Part shown: positions 25,575 to 39,993 of the stretch, piece by piece
Numbering within the stretch: the first letter of the stretch is position 1
Layout of the letters: each line of letters begins with the position of its first letter
Assembly (NCBI GenBank): GCA_030141605.1
Contig: JAQGDQ010000284.1
Span: 124,001 to 188,000, forward strand
Source of the DNA: Tubiluchus corallicola
Taxonomy: Eukaryota; Animalia; Priapulida
Direction: 5' to 3'
Length of the DNA stretch: 64,000 nucleotides
The notes under the pieces: generated by a model
What the model was told of the DNA's origin: nothing
Databases searched by the model: none
Seen by the model: the letters and a program-made list of their open reading frames with translations, nothing else
Made by a program: the position numbers and the translations under genes

Positions 25575-26355
25575 ATGCATTTCGCCTTTGGTAGTTAGTC
25601 GCCTGTTTTTCGGAAACGAATTGCACAAAAACAGGTGTTGTACCTCTCAGTTCAGTTATGTTAGTTTGTGACGAACTACGTACGTTCGGCAGCTCATGCG
25701 TGAGCACAGCGGAAAATATGAAATTTGAAATTTTATCTTAAAACTTGCCTAGTTTTTGTACGGCACACTGAACATCTTACAGTAGCACTGTACTTCAATT
25801 TTCGCTTTCGCAAAACCGTGCAGCACGCTCGTGGAATATTTTTGCTGTTGAAAATCATGTTAGTTTGTGACGTCGTCAATAGTTGAGCTCGCCTGCTGTT
25901 GATTAAGTTTGTCTTCTATAATTTAATTACGAGAAACGCTTACAGTATTGCTTGTGTTAAAATGTATACACCTGAAATGAGGCAGAATATGAAAGGCAGT
26001 TTTCCTCTTCTCAGGACATACTTAGATTTCTTTTGAGAATCTAGCACTTAAATGTAGGCTGGTGGCGGGACTAGTACCTATTCAATTATGTTATGTTTGG
26101 GTTTAATAAGAACTTGTCCTAACAGTTGTTTATAGTTTAGATGAATTAAATGCACAGTTTTTTAACTCATATAATATTAATCCCAAAGACGCTGTGATAC
26201 TGTGTTTGAAACAGACTTCTGAGTTAAATCTAATCTATTATTTATTATCTATTATTTATCAGAAACGCTTTGCAGTATTAGTAGTGTTAAAACGTATACT
26301 TTTTTATCGCACTTGAAAATGGGGGCGGGGGGGGATAGTATACGAAAAATCATTA
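25575..26355 (+). repeat. Interspersed repeat, copy of 13060-13510 (with insertion)
   Basis: Direct sequence similarity. Confidence 0.75.
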
Positions 26356-27289
26356 AAGCTTTAAAGTTTTAAAACTGAAATAAATATTTTTGAAAGCGTT
26401 TAGTGTGTCTGTAGTTTCATATCATATTCTATATTTTATCTCCTGCGTTCGTCTGCCGTTAGTTAACTTTCCAAAATAAATCAGGTAACTTGTACCTGAC
26501 ATTAGGTTATTCGATACACAAAAAATAAGTTTAAGCAAATCTTTTGAAAGTTTCTAAAGATGGCGCGTCTTCATGTAATTTTGTAGAGTATTCCAAAGAG
26601 TACATTTGCCGACAAATCGGCGCTGTACCGTGATAAGCATGATCGTGAATTGCATTATTCGTCTGTGACGTAGTCGTGACGTCACGTCAGCGCTTTAAGG
26701 ATGCCTACCATTGCATAAAATGTGGTTAGTTTGTGACGTAAGCGATATCAGTTCTCGATTGCCGTTAATTAACTTTCCAAGGTAATTATTCAAATTTTAG
26801 AAACAATTGCTAACCTTTATAGTGTATATTTCGAACAACAAATTAAAATGAGATTGAGTCTAATACGTCTTCTTTTAAGAAAATAAATACAAGTAACTTT
26901 AACAATTTTTAATATTCTACTAATCAATTAATTCAACATGCACAAGCTAAAATTAATTAGTTTGTGAATTTGAAATCTAACCACATGAATTCGTGACATT
27001 GTCATGCATGTGATTATCGTGATGTGCAGTAGATTTGTAATCGAGTAGTCTCTGGTTCAAAACAAGGTTATTACGGATTTTTTCACAGTTCCCCTTCCCT
27101 TTAGAAAACTAGAAAGTTCACAGGTTTATTCCATTGTTTATTCTTCATTTTGCAGTTTTGTTTGCAGTATAAGTAAATAAGACAAACTCATGTTTACTTG
27201 AAGAATAATTAAACCGTAGAGAGAAAAGCTTGTTGATTAATTATTGACGTTAATTAACGTTATCGTTTTTCGTGAAGTGACAGCCAACG

Positions 27290-27762
27290 TACCATCATCT
27301 TCATCTTCATCATCTTCACCATCATCAATATCATCATATCATCATTGTTATCATCATCATCGCCATCATTCATTATAGTCGTCGTCGTCGTCGTCGTCAT
27401 CATCATCATCATCATCATCATCGTAATGTTCATCATCATCATGCTTTACGGTCGTCGTCATCATCGTCGTCATTTTCATCATTTTCATCATCATCATCAA
27501 CAACAACAACAGCAACATCATTATCATCATTATATCATTATCTTCATATCACCGAATTCAATTCAATTCGTTGACATCGTCATCATGATCAACATCATCA
27601 TCATAATCTTCGTCCACATCCGTCAGTGTCATGAACAACAACAGCAACAACGTCGTCATCATCATCATCATAATCTTCATCAATATTATTAATAGTATTG
27701 TTATTCTTACTCTTATCCTTATCATTATTATCATCAGTATCATTATCATTATTATTTATCAT
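27290..27762. repeat. Degenerate (CAT/CGT/CAA)n microsatellite
   Basis: Directly visible. Confidence 0.9.
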
Positions 27763-28309
27763 TAGCCTAGTTAAATTACTTTTGTTGGAAAATGTTCAGT
27801 TTTGAACTAGTACTGTTCAACTGCTTAGCAACGTAAGTTTAATATTGTCTTTGGTATAATGGTAAATCAGTGAATGACTGAGTACTTGCCAAGGAGGGGC
27901 AGGTGTCCATGTTTGCACTGCTTTATCCGGTAATCTTGTAAGACTCTGCATTTGTATAATGGCTGATGCAAGTTTTCGGTTGGTCATACATGTGTTAAAC
28001 CATCTGCTTTTGCATAGCTTCTGTTTGTCCACAAACTGTTCTTAACAACTCATATTTAACTGTTCATTGAACATGCTGATTAGCTGTTCTCATTCACCGT
28101 TTATTTCTAATTTCATTTCGTTTTTCAATTACGTTTGTAGCAAAGTTAAAGAAGAACAGGACGATTTTTCATATCCTGCCCCATTTTGAAGTACGGAAAA
28201 TATATACATTTTAACACGTGTAATAATGCCACAATAAAATCCGACAATTAAATAATAAGAGAGCCCAGTTAGTGATGACGTCACAAACGAACACAATTTT
28301 AGTTTAGTT

Positions 28310-28765
28310 TAAACATAATTTATTTAGGATTGGATCAGACAGTTTGAACAACATGATTTAGGATCCTCACCACAACAGACTTTATACACTATTTACAAGA
28401 ACATTTACAGTAAGAGTAGACTATAACTACACAAGCTGACAAGTTTTACTACAAGAATACATTAGACATTAGTAGAATATGACGGTTAGAAAATATTAAT
28501 GTACGATTATTTAAGACTGATGCATTTCATATCAGATAGAAACTACTGGAAGCGTTTAGTACGTAATATAAAGTCATGTATGCATTGGAATATTTTACAG
28601 TTAGCAACATAGTTAAATTCATCTTTTCCGAATAATAACAACTTCAACAGATCATTAGTTCCTAAAGCAGCTATATTAAGGTTTTCGGGCAGAAGTATCT
28701 CATTTAGTTTATCAAACACAACAATCCTAGTTTGTTGATACAATGGGCAGTGCAACAAAAAGAAC
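28310..28765 (-). mobile_element. LINE 3' end fragment (CR1/L2-group-like)
   Basis: FLLHCPLYQQTR...LLLFG...N.KIF..IHDFILRTKRF, a typical invertebrate LINE ORF2 terminus, then 3' UTR with aataaa. Confidence 0.7.
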
Positions 28766-30522
28766 GCAAAATTTAAAAAGTTGATTGTTTACACGGAATT
28801 AATTTACATCTTTAACACTCTGATAGCAAGTTATGACCTAGTTGCTGCATTAATTATAAACACGGTGATGTAATAAAGCTATGATATTAGCTTCACGAAG
28901 TTTTTTGAGTTTTTTGAAACAGCACGCAGCTGTATAAGTGAGTGAGAAAATATTTATTAAAGTAATCGGTTTACGTTCATCATGCATCACTATTACAATC
29001 ATTTTCACCGTTCTATTTCACAAAAGAAATTCAGACGGTTTATTTCATTACACATGATATAAGATTACTTTACATTTCTGCAAACTATTACACCGTCATT
29101 GCTTATAGATGTCTTACATTTAAATAATTTTCACCGTTCTATGCACGACAGAAAATTCGACGTAAACCCAGCCATTACAAGTCACTACCTATTAAGGCCA
29201 AACGATTTTCGTAAAGTGTACACTTGTCAAAAATCTATACGGTTCATGTCATTATGCATGGTACAAGAATACTTTACATTTCAGTACAAGATTACACAGT
29301 CATTGCTTACAGATTTTTTCCCTTTTCAAGTTGTGGGCAAGGAAATAGGGGGGAGAGGTGGTACCGAATTAAAGTTTGCCCACAATTATTAAGTCTGTTA
29401 GCTTTTACAATCAAAGAACACAATCATTAACAAGTCACCAGGAATTATATTATAATAACTATACTAGCAGTTACAATCACAGAATCAAATAACATAATTA
29501 TTATCAATACTAAAATACCACTATACTAAAACACTGCGGAACATAGCCTGGCTAGCCCACAGCTCTAAATGTTCAAAGTAGACCTGTCTTACACAGCTTA
29601 AATACAGAAAACTAGAACACTATTAATGTAAAAGGTCATTCAGAAGCAAATACGTACAGTAAGATTAGAGGGAAATTTAAGCTATTTCAATGTTATAACA
29701 AGCTTAAAAAAGCAGGGATCGAGATGAAAAAAATTATGAAAGAGAGATGAGCAAGAAGACAAACAATGTCATATTTACAAGTCAAGTTAATCAAACGCGA
29801 AGTAATTATGAGACCGACTTCGCGACACAAGTAAAAGTTTTGTATAAAACGCGCAAAGCTTCCGGTTAAAACGTCAGTATTCATAATGGAAGCAGGTCTC
29901 AGTATCCACCAATTACATGAAATATTGCTTAATGTGACAGCATTCATGAAATAAAACCTTTCTTTGTGTGTTATAAAACGGGCAGTTAAGTATAAGTAGT
30001 GAAGTGAGATTAGTGCTTTGTGTATTAATATTATAGTTCGAGTTGTTAGTTCTCTCCCCCCCCCAACTTGCCTAAGCTATGAAAGTTGCTTAAAGTCGTT
30101 TTGTTATTAAACCTTAAATCCACTCCGAGTGCGTGATAATTTAATATAGTTTACACTGTTAGATTCCTCATTCATAGTGCTTCTACAATTGCAAATTTAT
30201 CAGTGCTCTTTGTTCAGCAGTTGAGTCTGAATTTTGTACCATGTATCCGGTCTTGCTGTTTTTTAACTTATGAAATGCAAATGCCGCGTTTATAGTCTTA
30301 CTTACGTTGCTCTCGAGTATTGTAAAGCTGTTCTAATGTTATTATGGGGGCACAAGATATCGAGCCATGCCCGTCACGTCTATTGTAGACATTGGGCAGG
30401 CAGAATTCTAAAATAAAAGAAATCTGCCTTCAGACAGGTAAACGCAGCAGAAACCAGCAAAAAAACTAGACACTGCTACGCCAGTGGCTTGTCAGCACCA
30501 CTTCCGTTAAAATATGCCGTTA

Positions 30523-30760
30523 TTATGGGCACAATGTATAGTAGAAATCAGCATATTCGGTTTCTGTTACATGGTAGTCTTTACATGACAAAGTTGAAAG
30601 ATTATTTAGACCAAGGTTAAACAAAAGTGGTCCAATTGGTGGACCTTGTGGTATCCCGCTTTTTAATTGAGAGCATTCTAAAATTGCATTGGGTTCTAAT
30701 TTTACTTTTTGTTTTCTGTTTTCCATGTAATTATTAATAAGGTTCTGTAATTAATTACTA
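30523..30760 (-). mobile_element. LINE RT fragment
   Basis: YMENRKQKV...SGIPQGPPIGPLLFN (GVPQGSxLGPLLF motif). Confidence 0.65.
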
Positions 30761-31319
30761 ATGTAATTAATAAGATTTTAATAATTTACATATTCAAGTT
30801 TTTCAAAATTTTGAGCAAAAGGTAAATTCAAAGCTGGCCAAGCGAAGATAAGTATTAACTGTACAGTTTTGTTCACGAAACGTTGCGTTTTATTGCCTTA
30901 TGAAGGCCTAAACTTGCCGAACTAACTATTTGTGGTGTGGTAGCACATGCGTTCTCTGTCAGGCTAAACTGCTAAGCATAACGTTAATCATAAGCAGTGT
31001 ATCATTAGACAAGTTTGATCAATTAGTAAATATTTTTCCAAGCGCAAATTAATTGTTACAAAGATTGTTGGGAAATCTGTCGATTGTTTTTTCTTCTTTA
31101 TTATCTTTTTTGACAGTTCTTTTGGGATACATCAACATATTTCTGTTTGGTTTCTCCGACATGGTAGATTCTCGATATAGCATTCAGTGTTTCGGTTTTA
31201 TTTTAATTTTGGTCGTCATTTATCGATCTTTTTGATTTCGTCTCTTTTCGCATTTTGCAAGTGCTTGTCACAACTGCTATTGTTTTACCTTTAAATTTAA
31301 TATAGTAACTTCTATTATA

Positions 31320-32255
31320 CACATTTGTAAGATTGGAAAGAAGTTACTGTCACTTTTGTGCAGTGGGAAAGTAGTTAACGCACTGTTTAAAGTGGGAAAG
31401 AAGTCACTGCATCTTTGATGTGTGGAAAAGAAATCACTGCATCTTTGTTAGGTGGGAAAGTAGTTACCACATCTTTGTAAGGCACAAAAGAAACTACCAT
31501 ATCTTTGTAAGGTTAGAAAGAAGTTACCACATATTTGTAAAGTGGGAAATGTATCACTGCATCTTTGTAAGGTGGAAAAGAAACTACTGCATCTTTGTTA
31601 GGTGGGAAGGAAATTACCACATCTTTGATGTGTGGAAAAGAAATTACTGCATCTTTCTAAGGCACAAAAGAAACTACCATATCTTTGTAAGGTTAGAAAG
31701 AAGTTACCACATCTTTGTAAAGTGGGAAATGTATCACTGCATCTTTGTAAGGTGGAAAAGAAACTACTGCATCTTTGTTTGGTGGAAAAGAAATTACCAC
31801 ATCTTTGTTAGGTGGGAAAGAAGTTACCACTTCTTCTTAACGTGGGAAAGTAGTTACCACTTCTTCTTAACGTGGGAAAGTAGTTACCACATCTTTGTAA
31901 GGCAGAAACGAAACTACCATATCTTTGTAAGGTTAGAAAGAAGTTACCACATCTTTGTAAGGTGGGAAATGTATCACTGCATCTTTGTAAGGTGTTAAAT
32001 GAATTACTGCTCCTTTTTAAGATGGAAAAGGAATTACTGCAACTTTTTTAATTTGGGAAAGGATTTATTCCATCATTGTAAGATGGTAAATGAATTACTG
32101 CTTCTTTGTAAGGTTGGGGAGAAGTTACCACTTCTTCGTAATGTGGAAAAAAATGATTTCATCTTTGTATGGTAGGACAAGAGTTACTTTATCTTTGTGA
32201 AGCGTGAAGAAAATTACCACATTTTTGTAAGATGGGAAAGAAGTTACCGCATTTG
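31320..32255. repeat. Tandem minisatellite, 30-bp unit, ~31 copies with higher-order structure
   Basis: Unit atctttgtaaggtgggaaagaagttaccac; blocks at 31501, 31681 and 31921 are near-identical. Confidence 0.95.
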
Positions 32256-32311
32256 CGTACTTTGGTACTGAATATTTTTGTTCTGCTTCTGACCGTTTGT
32301 CATTATTTCAG

Positions 32312-32439
32312 ATAAAGAAACTTTGGTCTCAGATGCCGGCAAACTGTTTGCTTTGGACCAACTGCTGAGGGACCTCAAGGAAGGAGGACACCGAGTCCTC
32401 ATCTACTCACAGATGACCAGAATGATTGACATCCTCGAG
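32312..32439 (+). CDS. INO80: INO80 exon (HELICc start: [43 protein letters not shown])
   Basis: AG/GT flanks; sequence matches the recalled metazoan INO80 ATPase C-lobe. Confidence 0.93.
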
Positions 32440-32445
32440 GTATGT

Positions 32446-32640
<195 letters not shown>

Positions 32641-33826
32641 CTCAAGTTCTACCATTTTCCGTTCCCAAGTGCAAATTCAACCCACCTCTTCCTCCCAAAC
32701 TTCAACTCATGTCTCGCTCTCTCCTCAGCCAACTTCTAGTCCAAATATAATTTTTTACCAGCTTTTATTTAATACAGGTTATAGGCCACCACCCCAAAAA
32801 AGATGGTGGCCACACTAAAAGGCAACAGCAGAAAGATGAATTATGGAAAAAATAAAATCAATTTTTTTAATGCTAGGAGACGTCTGTTAACTGTTTTTGA
32901 AACGTTGAAGGTCCAAGGTTCCTGAATTACCCTTTCTTTGGTAACCAAAGCCAAAAAGCGTGAGCAAAAAGAGAAACATATTTATATGAAAAAAAAACCG
33001 TACTTGTGTTTTAAATTGCTAAAAAAGTGAAGCAGTTTATTGAAATGCTAACATATATATTTTACAATGTTTATTTTGCAATAAACAACATTAATAACAG
33101 TGCAACAAACAAATAATGTTAATTAACATGAGCATAGATATTGTAAAAGAACTAATTCAAAATGATCTTATAGTAAATTGATTATAGATTGATTATAAAT
33201 ATTGGATATATATTTAGAATAAGTAAATCGTAATGCAAAATTGTCAGCTTTTTTAGTAAGAAATTTATTTAATGTACATAGTGTATAGACTTATTTAACA
33301 TTTTTGTACTTTTGTGCCTGCAAATAGAGCGCTTCTTGTATAATTTTCAATAAAGATTTTTAATAATTAATTAATAACATGAGCATAAACATTGATCATA
33401 ACTAATCTATTAGTGAGCCGTCTAAACGGGGGTAATGTTCTCTGTGCTCTAAGACACAGTATCTACACATTACTTATGAGCTAGTTTGGCAGAAGGCTTT
33501 TATAACATTCAATATTCATAGTATCTAAAAATAACTTAGGTACAAGTTTAAGATCGCGTATGCCATGCAAGGTCAAAACTACGTATGAATGCGGCTTCAA
33601 CAAGTGTTTGAAATCGCGACCGTTTTACACTTGCAACAGTCTGCGACATGCACAGATAAGCGGTCCGAGGAAAAAACTGGAGTTTGAAAGTTTGCTTGGA
33701 GGAAACTTTTAGCATTATTATTACTCCTGCCATACGTGTTGTTCGATAAACATCTGAAGTTTAACCATCTTACTATGTAAACTTATGAAGTACCATATCT
33801 GATGTAGTAACTTGCTGTTATTTTAG

Positions 33827-33921
33827 GAATATATGTGGCACCGGAAGCATAAGTACATCCGTCTAGACGGCTCTTCCAAGATATCAGACCGGAGAGACAT
33901 GGTGGCGGATTTCCAATCCAG
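33827..33921 (+). CDS. INO80: INO80 exon ([32 protein letters not shown])
   Basis: AG/GT flanks, phase-compatible with both neighbours; INO80-specific sequence. Confidence 0.94.
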
Positions 33922-34906
33922 GTTTGATTTCCTATTTAATTTACGAAATGTAGCTATTTTCTCAATTTCCCGGGCAGGAGAGAAATTAATATACACCCGG
34001 TTTAAGAGTGACTACTGTGGTTGCTTTGCGACCGAAGTTAAGCAATGCTGATTCCAGTCAGTGATAGGTAGCTGTGGCTTGTCCAGTACTTGCTACAGCC
34101 AGTTTCAGTCGCCAAACTAATTCGAACAGTTTAGTCTAATGACGAGTTATTCACAAGCGAGTAAGTCCCATCCAACAGTGGTGATGCAAAAGAAAAATGT
34201 CTGAAAATCAAAAAATTTTCTGAAAATGTCTGATTCTTCCTGAAATCCCATGCATCAAGAAACTGCTTCATTTCAAGAAATAAGGAACAAGAACAAGTTC
34301 ATTTCACAGTGAAACTGCATGGCTTCTTTCCACACATCCAGTTGGCTGCAGCTACTTTGTGAGTTTTAAACTGTATAACCATGTCAAAGTTAAGTTATAC
34401 TTGCCGTATTTCTCATATGCAAAATACAATTTATAATGCAAGTCAGTGTAATGTCCAATGTGTTTGTTAGTAAAGTTCTACTAACTGCTTCAAAAGATGA
34501 AAACATACATATATAAACGAAATATATGCGTGCGTTACTTTTCTTTTCATGAATATAGCCATTCATGTTGCATTAATAAAACACAAAATTATCAATCTGT
34601 TAAAAGAGAGATTAAATATTAGAATTTTATATTGAAAAATGTTAATTAAGAAAGAAGTAATTAAGTAGTTAAATTTAAGATCGCATTCCGCAAGGATTCA
34701 TCACGAAAATGGAACATGCAGTATTTCTATGCGGCAAAATTCCTCACGAGGAGGATGCATAGCTTCTTGCTGGCAGCAGGATCCCTCAAGAGGTATGCAT
34801 CCTCACTGTGAAATGAGCCTAAAATGTTTATAAAAAATTAGGTTGATTCGTCTACTCTAATACATTTTATGGCTTCAAAGTGCATCTGTTTTCTTCACTT
34901 TTTCAG

Positions 34907-34979
34907 GTCGGACATTTTTGTGTTTTTGTTGAGCACGAGAGCCGGTGGTCTTGGAATTAATCTCACGGCAGCGGATACG
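34907..34979 (+). CDS. INO80: INO80 exon ([24 protein letters not shown], helicase motif V)
   Basis: ttttcag acceptor, gtaagt donor; SNF2 motif. Confidence 0.94.
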
Positions 34980-35652
34980 GTAAGTACTCTACCCAGTGTA
35001 AACTAGGGAAGACCTTGGTTTCTGTGGACGCTGCAAAAAATGACATCCATACAGCACGTTTTAGGCAAAAATTAAAAATGTTGTAGCTTTTATTTGCTGT
35101 TTTTTGTTTTGACGGACTTTATTGTTTTTGGCGGGCTTTGTTGTACCTTAGGCCAACAATAAAGGAAGTTTTGTTTACATCTAATCGCCTCGGTTATATT
35201 TTATCGCACAACCGGCCGGGAATTTTATAAATTTTTTCAATGTTCATATACTTATCTGGTGTAATCGTGTAAAACCGTATTTTTTTTAATTTGAAACATA
35301 AAACGCTGTAATTATTATAAGTTGACTTTTTCCGCGAGTAGGCAGGTTTTGTTTTTCTTTGACTAAACTCTCGGCCAGGGTAGCCATTTTGTCAGACGCT
35401 GATTATCATATTGGAGGCTAAGAAGTATCGTATTTTCCACCAAATCAGTGTATTAGTGGCCAACTAGTGTTGTTCCTTATCCACAGTTATTAGAACATAC
35501 ATTCATACAGTACAAAAAGATATTATACGTAATCGATAATTGTACATTAATTTAGTAGCGCGAAACAAAAAACTAAAAAAAACCTAAAAATGTGCATTGA
35601 AAAAATTTAAAACATTACTGCTAGCCAGTGGGAAATAAACAAACTTTGATTT

Positions 35653-36153
35653 CAGGGATGAGAATTTTCCGCGGATACACGGAATTCCGAGTTTTTGGAA
35701 GACCAGTAGTAGTATTTTTGTAAATCGCGTAAATTCATTGAGAAAATTTTTACGGACCCAGTGCATTATTTCACAAGCTGACCGCTAGTCGGCAGGCCGT
35801 TACTTTGTTTACACCACGTACATCTGTGTAACCACGTGTTTATCTCTATGTATAAAAATATAGAATCAATTGTGCGGAGTTATTTGAGTCAATTGCAGAC
35901 AGTTTTTATATACTTTTGCAAAGAAGCGGCCAGTACTTAGGCATTTTTGAGACAATTAGGTATCATGTATCCTTGATAGTTGGGTATTTTAAATTATGCA
36001 TGAAACTAGGTAACTGATATTTTAAGTCTACTTAGAGGCTCTCTATGGTCACAAAATTGCAATTTGTTGCTGACTCCAAGGGGGCTTCGCCCCCCCCCGC
36101 TTGAATCCCCGGCCTGTTTCCGAGTTTTTTGCAATTTGTCATTCTCATCCCTG
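35653..36153 (+). mobile_element. MITE (hAT-like), copy 2
   Basis: TIRs cagggatgagaat / attctcatccctg; flanked on both sides by tgattt (probable target-site duplication). Confidence 0.85.
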
Positions 36154-37617
36154 TGATTTCAACTGATTTTAAACATTTCACGATTCAGCCTTGAACATTT
36201 GGAAAAAAAATGTCTCCCTCCCTACTGACTTTTTGTAAGTTGATGAGGTAAGACAGAAACAAAAATTTTTTGTGACCGCCCTTCGCTTTGCAATCTCAAC
36301 AAGGACTGATGGGCAGAGCGGAGACTTTGTCCTCAGTGTGAATGCATCGATACTATCGGTGTGAACGGGGCATCGCGTCTACGAAACGCGAAGTCGAAAT
36401 TCACCTTTAAATTTTACCCCATTCGCCGCCTGTCTTATCCGATCGAGTTCATTATGCGCATTTTAATGCTTTTTAACGAGTTGAAACAGGTTTTGCATCT
36501 TACCTGGCGTTCAATTCCAGCCCGCCAATTAAATCCCATAATTGAAGGAAAATTTTATGGACAGCCGGGATAATTACAGGAAAAAACAGCTGCCGGGCGC
36601 TATAGCTTAAGCGGTAATGTTTTATTAACCCTTTACCTACGCGAATTATAACAGGAAATTGTAATGAACCACTTTGCGTTTATGGCATTCATTCATCAAA
36701 GAATCGTCTGATGAATAGGTACTTAAGCTGTTGCTTATTGTGATGTGTTTAGGATATCAGAGTGGATGCTGTGCTTGGGCACAATAGTATGCATGTGTTT
36801 TGCATGAATAATATCTGTTCCCTGCAGGAGAAGGCTTTGTAGTTTGATTGGTTACCGTAAAACCTCCCTATGCCTTTTCAGATCTTTTAAGATGTTTAGG
36901 TGTAAGACCGAGACGATTTGGTGCCGTATGGCTGCCCACTTCAGATGCAGGAATTGCTAAATCTTGTTCGCCATCTGGTTTGGGATATTGTGCTTTCTCG
37001 AACGCGGGATGGAGTGGGTCTGCGGATGCTGGGCAAACGCGTATTTTTGCTCCTCAAACAATCATTTTTATTATTATTATTATTCGCTCTCGGTCCTCAT
37101 AACATTAATTTTAAATACGTAATGGTTTAATTATTATTTAAAGATAATCACGTGTGTCTCTTCTTTCCCATTATTGAACATTATTTTATTATAAACTAAC
37201 ACATTCGTATAATAATTCAATGTTCATTCGTCTTAAGCGCAAAATCTGATAATTTTTAATTACCTGGTACATGTGCATTAATTAATTAATTAATTATATT
37301 AGTAACAATTCTGAGAGGGTGGCTGACCTCGATAACTTATAGTTCTTTCGCCACCCTTTCACCACTGATCAATAATTACTTTTGCACTTTGTAATATTAG
37401 TGTATGTTGTATAGATTTATAAATCTCTTAGTTATGTATTTTGCTATTTAAAAATGATGATAAACTAATAAACTTACTTACTTACTTACTTACTTGTAGC
37501 AAGATGATCTGTAGCCGAAAATGAGTTGGGCTTGTATTATTACAATTGTACCCAAAAATAGCAAAAATCAGTAAAAATCTTTTTTCAAAAATTGAATGTT
37601 GATTTTTAGGGTTTTAA

Positions 37618-38385
37618 GGAAAGAACAATTCACTCAGAATGTTGGGTTTATTTTATTGTTATCACTTGAACTGTTTGTGGCGTGCTAAAGGAAAGAACAA
37701 GTCACTCAGTATGTTGGGTTTATTTTATTGTTATCACTTAAACTGTTTGTGGTGTGCTAGGAGAAAGAACAAGTCACTCAGAATATTGCGTTTATTTTAT
37801 TGTTATCACTTAAACTGTTTGTGGTGTGCTAAAGGAAAGAACAAGTCACTCAGAATGTTGTGTTTATTTTATTGTTATCACTTAAACTTAGAAAAATATA
37901 ACAAAGAAATATTCAAAGCATAAAGTTAAAATGCACTACCTCTGAATAGAAATTTTCAGGCGTGGTGGTTGCTGCCATTCACCTGAAAATTATGACGTAA
38001 CTAGGAGTCTTCGTAGTTTCCGGTAAACGCTTCGTGGCTTTCCGTAAGCGCGTGTTGCGTTAACTAATTCAAACTTCAACAGCTTACCTAATGTTCATGC
38101 AAAAATGCTTCAATATTATCTATCTAATTTTTTTATAAAAACTTGTTATACTTTTGTAAGTTTTGTAAAAACTTGTGGAAAAGATTGAAAGTGCACTGCT
38201 TTTCATCAAGATGAATGGCATCATTACATGGGCATTGAAAAGGGGAGCACTCAAGCAGGAAGTGATTGCGACTTTAAAGTGATTTTACTAATTACACGAG
38301 GCACTTATCACAGTTTTATTAGTAAATCTTTCTAACATTTTGTTGCAAACATAAGTCTAACCTCCCAGAAGGGTTGACCTTTCCT
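37618..38385 (+). mobile_element. Repeat family A copy with internal 72-bp tandem x~4
   Basis: ggaaagaacaagtcactcag...ttatcacttaaactgtttgtggtgtgcta repeated; downstream homology to 17725-18290. Confidence 0.85.
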
Positions 38386-38540
38386 TTAATATTACTGTTA
38401 CCTGTCCAATTCTCTTAACAGTACCTGCTTTAATTACTGCAAATTTTACTTAATCTGCTGATACACCTGTCAGGTGCATTCTTCTGTACAAATGATGCTA
38501 ATTATATTGATCTAGGTGACGTTAGTAACTGTTTTTTCAG

Positions 38541-38699
38541 GTGATATTTTACGACAGTGACTGGAACCCGACTGTCGACCAGCAGGCCATGGATCGAGCA
38601 CACAGACTGGGCCAAACTAAACAGGTTACTGTCTACAGGCTCGTCTGTAAAGGCACAATAGAAGAGAGAATACTGCAGAGAGCAAGAGAGAAATCCGAG
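38541..38699 (+). CDS. INO80: INO80 exon ([53 protein letters not shown], motif VI)
   Basis: AG/GT flanks, 159 nt, phase 0-0. Confidence 0.95.
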
Positions 38700-38728
38700 G
38701 TTAGTTCATTTTCTTAATTAATTAGTTA

Positions 38729-39258
38729 GATGATGATGATGATGATGACGACCATGACGACGATAATGATGACAGGTGATGATGATTGATGATGATGATG
38801 ATGCGGTGGTGATGCTGATGATGGTGATGACGACCATGATGACGATGATGATGATTGATGATGATGGTGATGATGATGATAGTGGTGATGATGATGACAA
38901 TGACGATGATGCTGCTGCTGATGATGATGGTGATTGATGATAAAGCTGGTGGTGATGATGATATGACCATGATGACGATGATGATGATTGATGATGATAA
39001 TGATGGTAATTATGATTGATGATGATGATGACATGGTGATGGTGATGATGGCAATGATAATAATGATGATGATGATAATGATGTGATGATGATGACAATG
39101 ACGATGATAATGATGATTGATGATGATGGTGATGACATGGTGATGGTGATGATGATGATGATGGCAATGATAATAATGATGATGATTATGATGATGTGAT
39201 GATGACAATAACGATGACGATGATAATGATGGACGACAATGATCTGATGATGATGATG
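38729..39258. repeat. Degenerate (GAT)n microsatellite
   Basis: Directly visible. Confidence 0.93.
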
Positions 39259-39438
39259 AAGCTTTACAATGCAGGTTTCGTGAGAGTGAAAAGGGTTAGG
39301 AACGTGTTTTTCTGGTTTTAGAGTGGTAGCGATATCTTTTTACAAAAGTGTCTTTTCAAAGTTGATATTATGTCAGATATTTCTGCCAAGATCAAGCATT
39401 CATGGAGTGTTCAATGACGTCCATGTGTTCTTACTTAG

Positions 39439-39541
39439 ATTCAGAGAATGGTCATAAGTGGTGGTCAGTTCAAGCCGAATACGCTCAAACCGACGGAAGT
39501 TGTGTCACTTCTTCTGGACGATGCTGAGATGGAGACCAAAC
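39439..39541 (+). CDS. INO80: INO80 exon (IQRMVISGGQFKPNTLKPTEVVSLLLDDAEMETK)
   Basis: ttacttag acceptor, gtgagt donor; INO80 post-helicase motif. Confidence 0.93.
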
Positions 39542-39801
39542 GTGAGTAACGTCACTCTGATTACTTTTGTCACAAAAAACTCGTTTGGGAAAGATTCAGG
39601 TTCATCACAACTTTAATTAATAAGCTTTATTTTCTTTCCAATAGAAGATTTATATTTCTTAAAATTGGTGACAAAAAAGCTGAGTATCAAGTTTGGGAAT
39701 TGAACCGGGGATTTCTGATTGCCGGTCATACATGAGATGCGTCAGTGCAAATCTGCATGGCTGCATTATTTAGTGAACATGTGATTATTTTTTGATGGCA
39801 G

Positions 39802-39956
39802 TGCAACAGAGGCAAGAAGAAAGAAAGCTTGCAGAAGATAAGAACAAAGAAAAAGACCGAAAGCGGAAGAGGGAGAAAGTAGTTCGGGGCGGGACTCCGT
39901 CACCTCGAATCGCACCTTCTCCTGGTGCGGCGGCCTCTCCGCAAGTACCTGCCAAG
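39802..39956 (+). CDS. INO80: INO80 exon (LQQRQEERKLAEDKNKEKDRKRKREK...VPAK)
   Basis: Phase-1 acceptor matches the previous donor; basic stretch as in INO80; aag|gtaaga donor. Confidence 0.85.
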
Positions 39957-39993
39957 GTAAGAGTTTCATTGATTTGCGTCATTCATGGAAATA

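Noticed and set aside
31420-31998. 192-aa repetitive ORF (HIFVRW...)
   Set aside because: By-product of a 30-bp tandem repeat; no non-repetitive domain
38718-39208. His/Ser-rich ORFs
   Set aside because: (GAT)n microsatellite inside an INO80 intron
39695-39765. tRNA gene (minus-strand B box ggttcaattccc; similar at ~7920)
   Set aside because: No complete cloverleaf; probably decayed SINE heads
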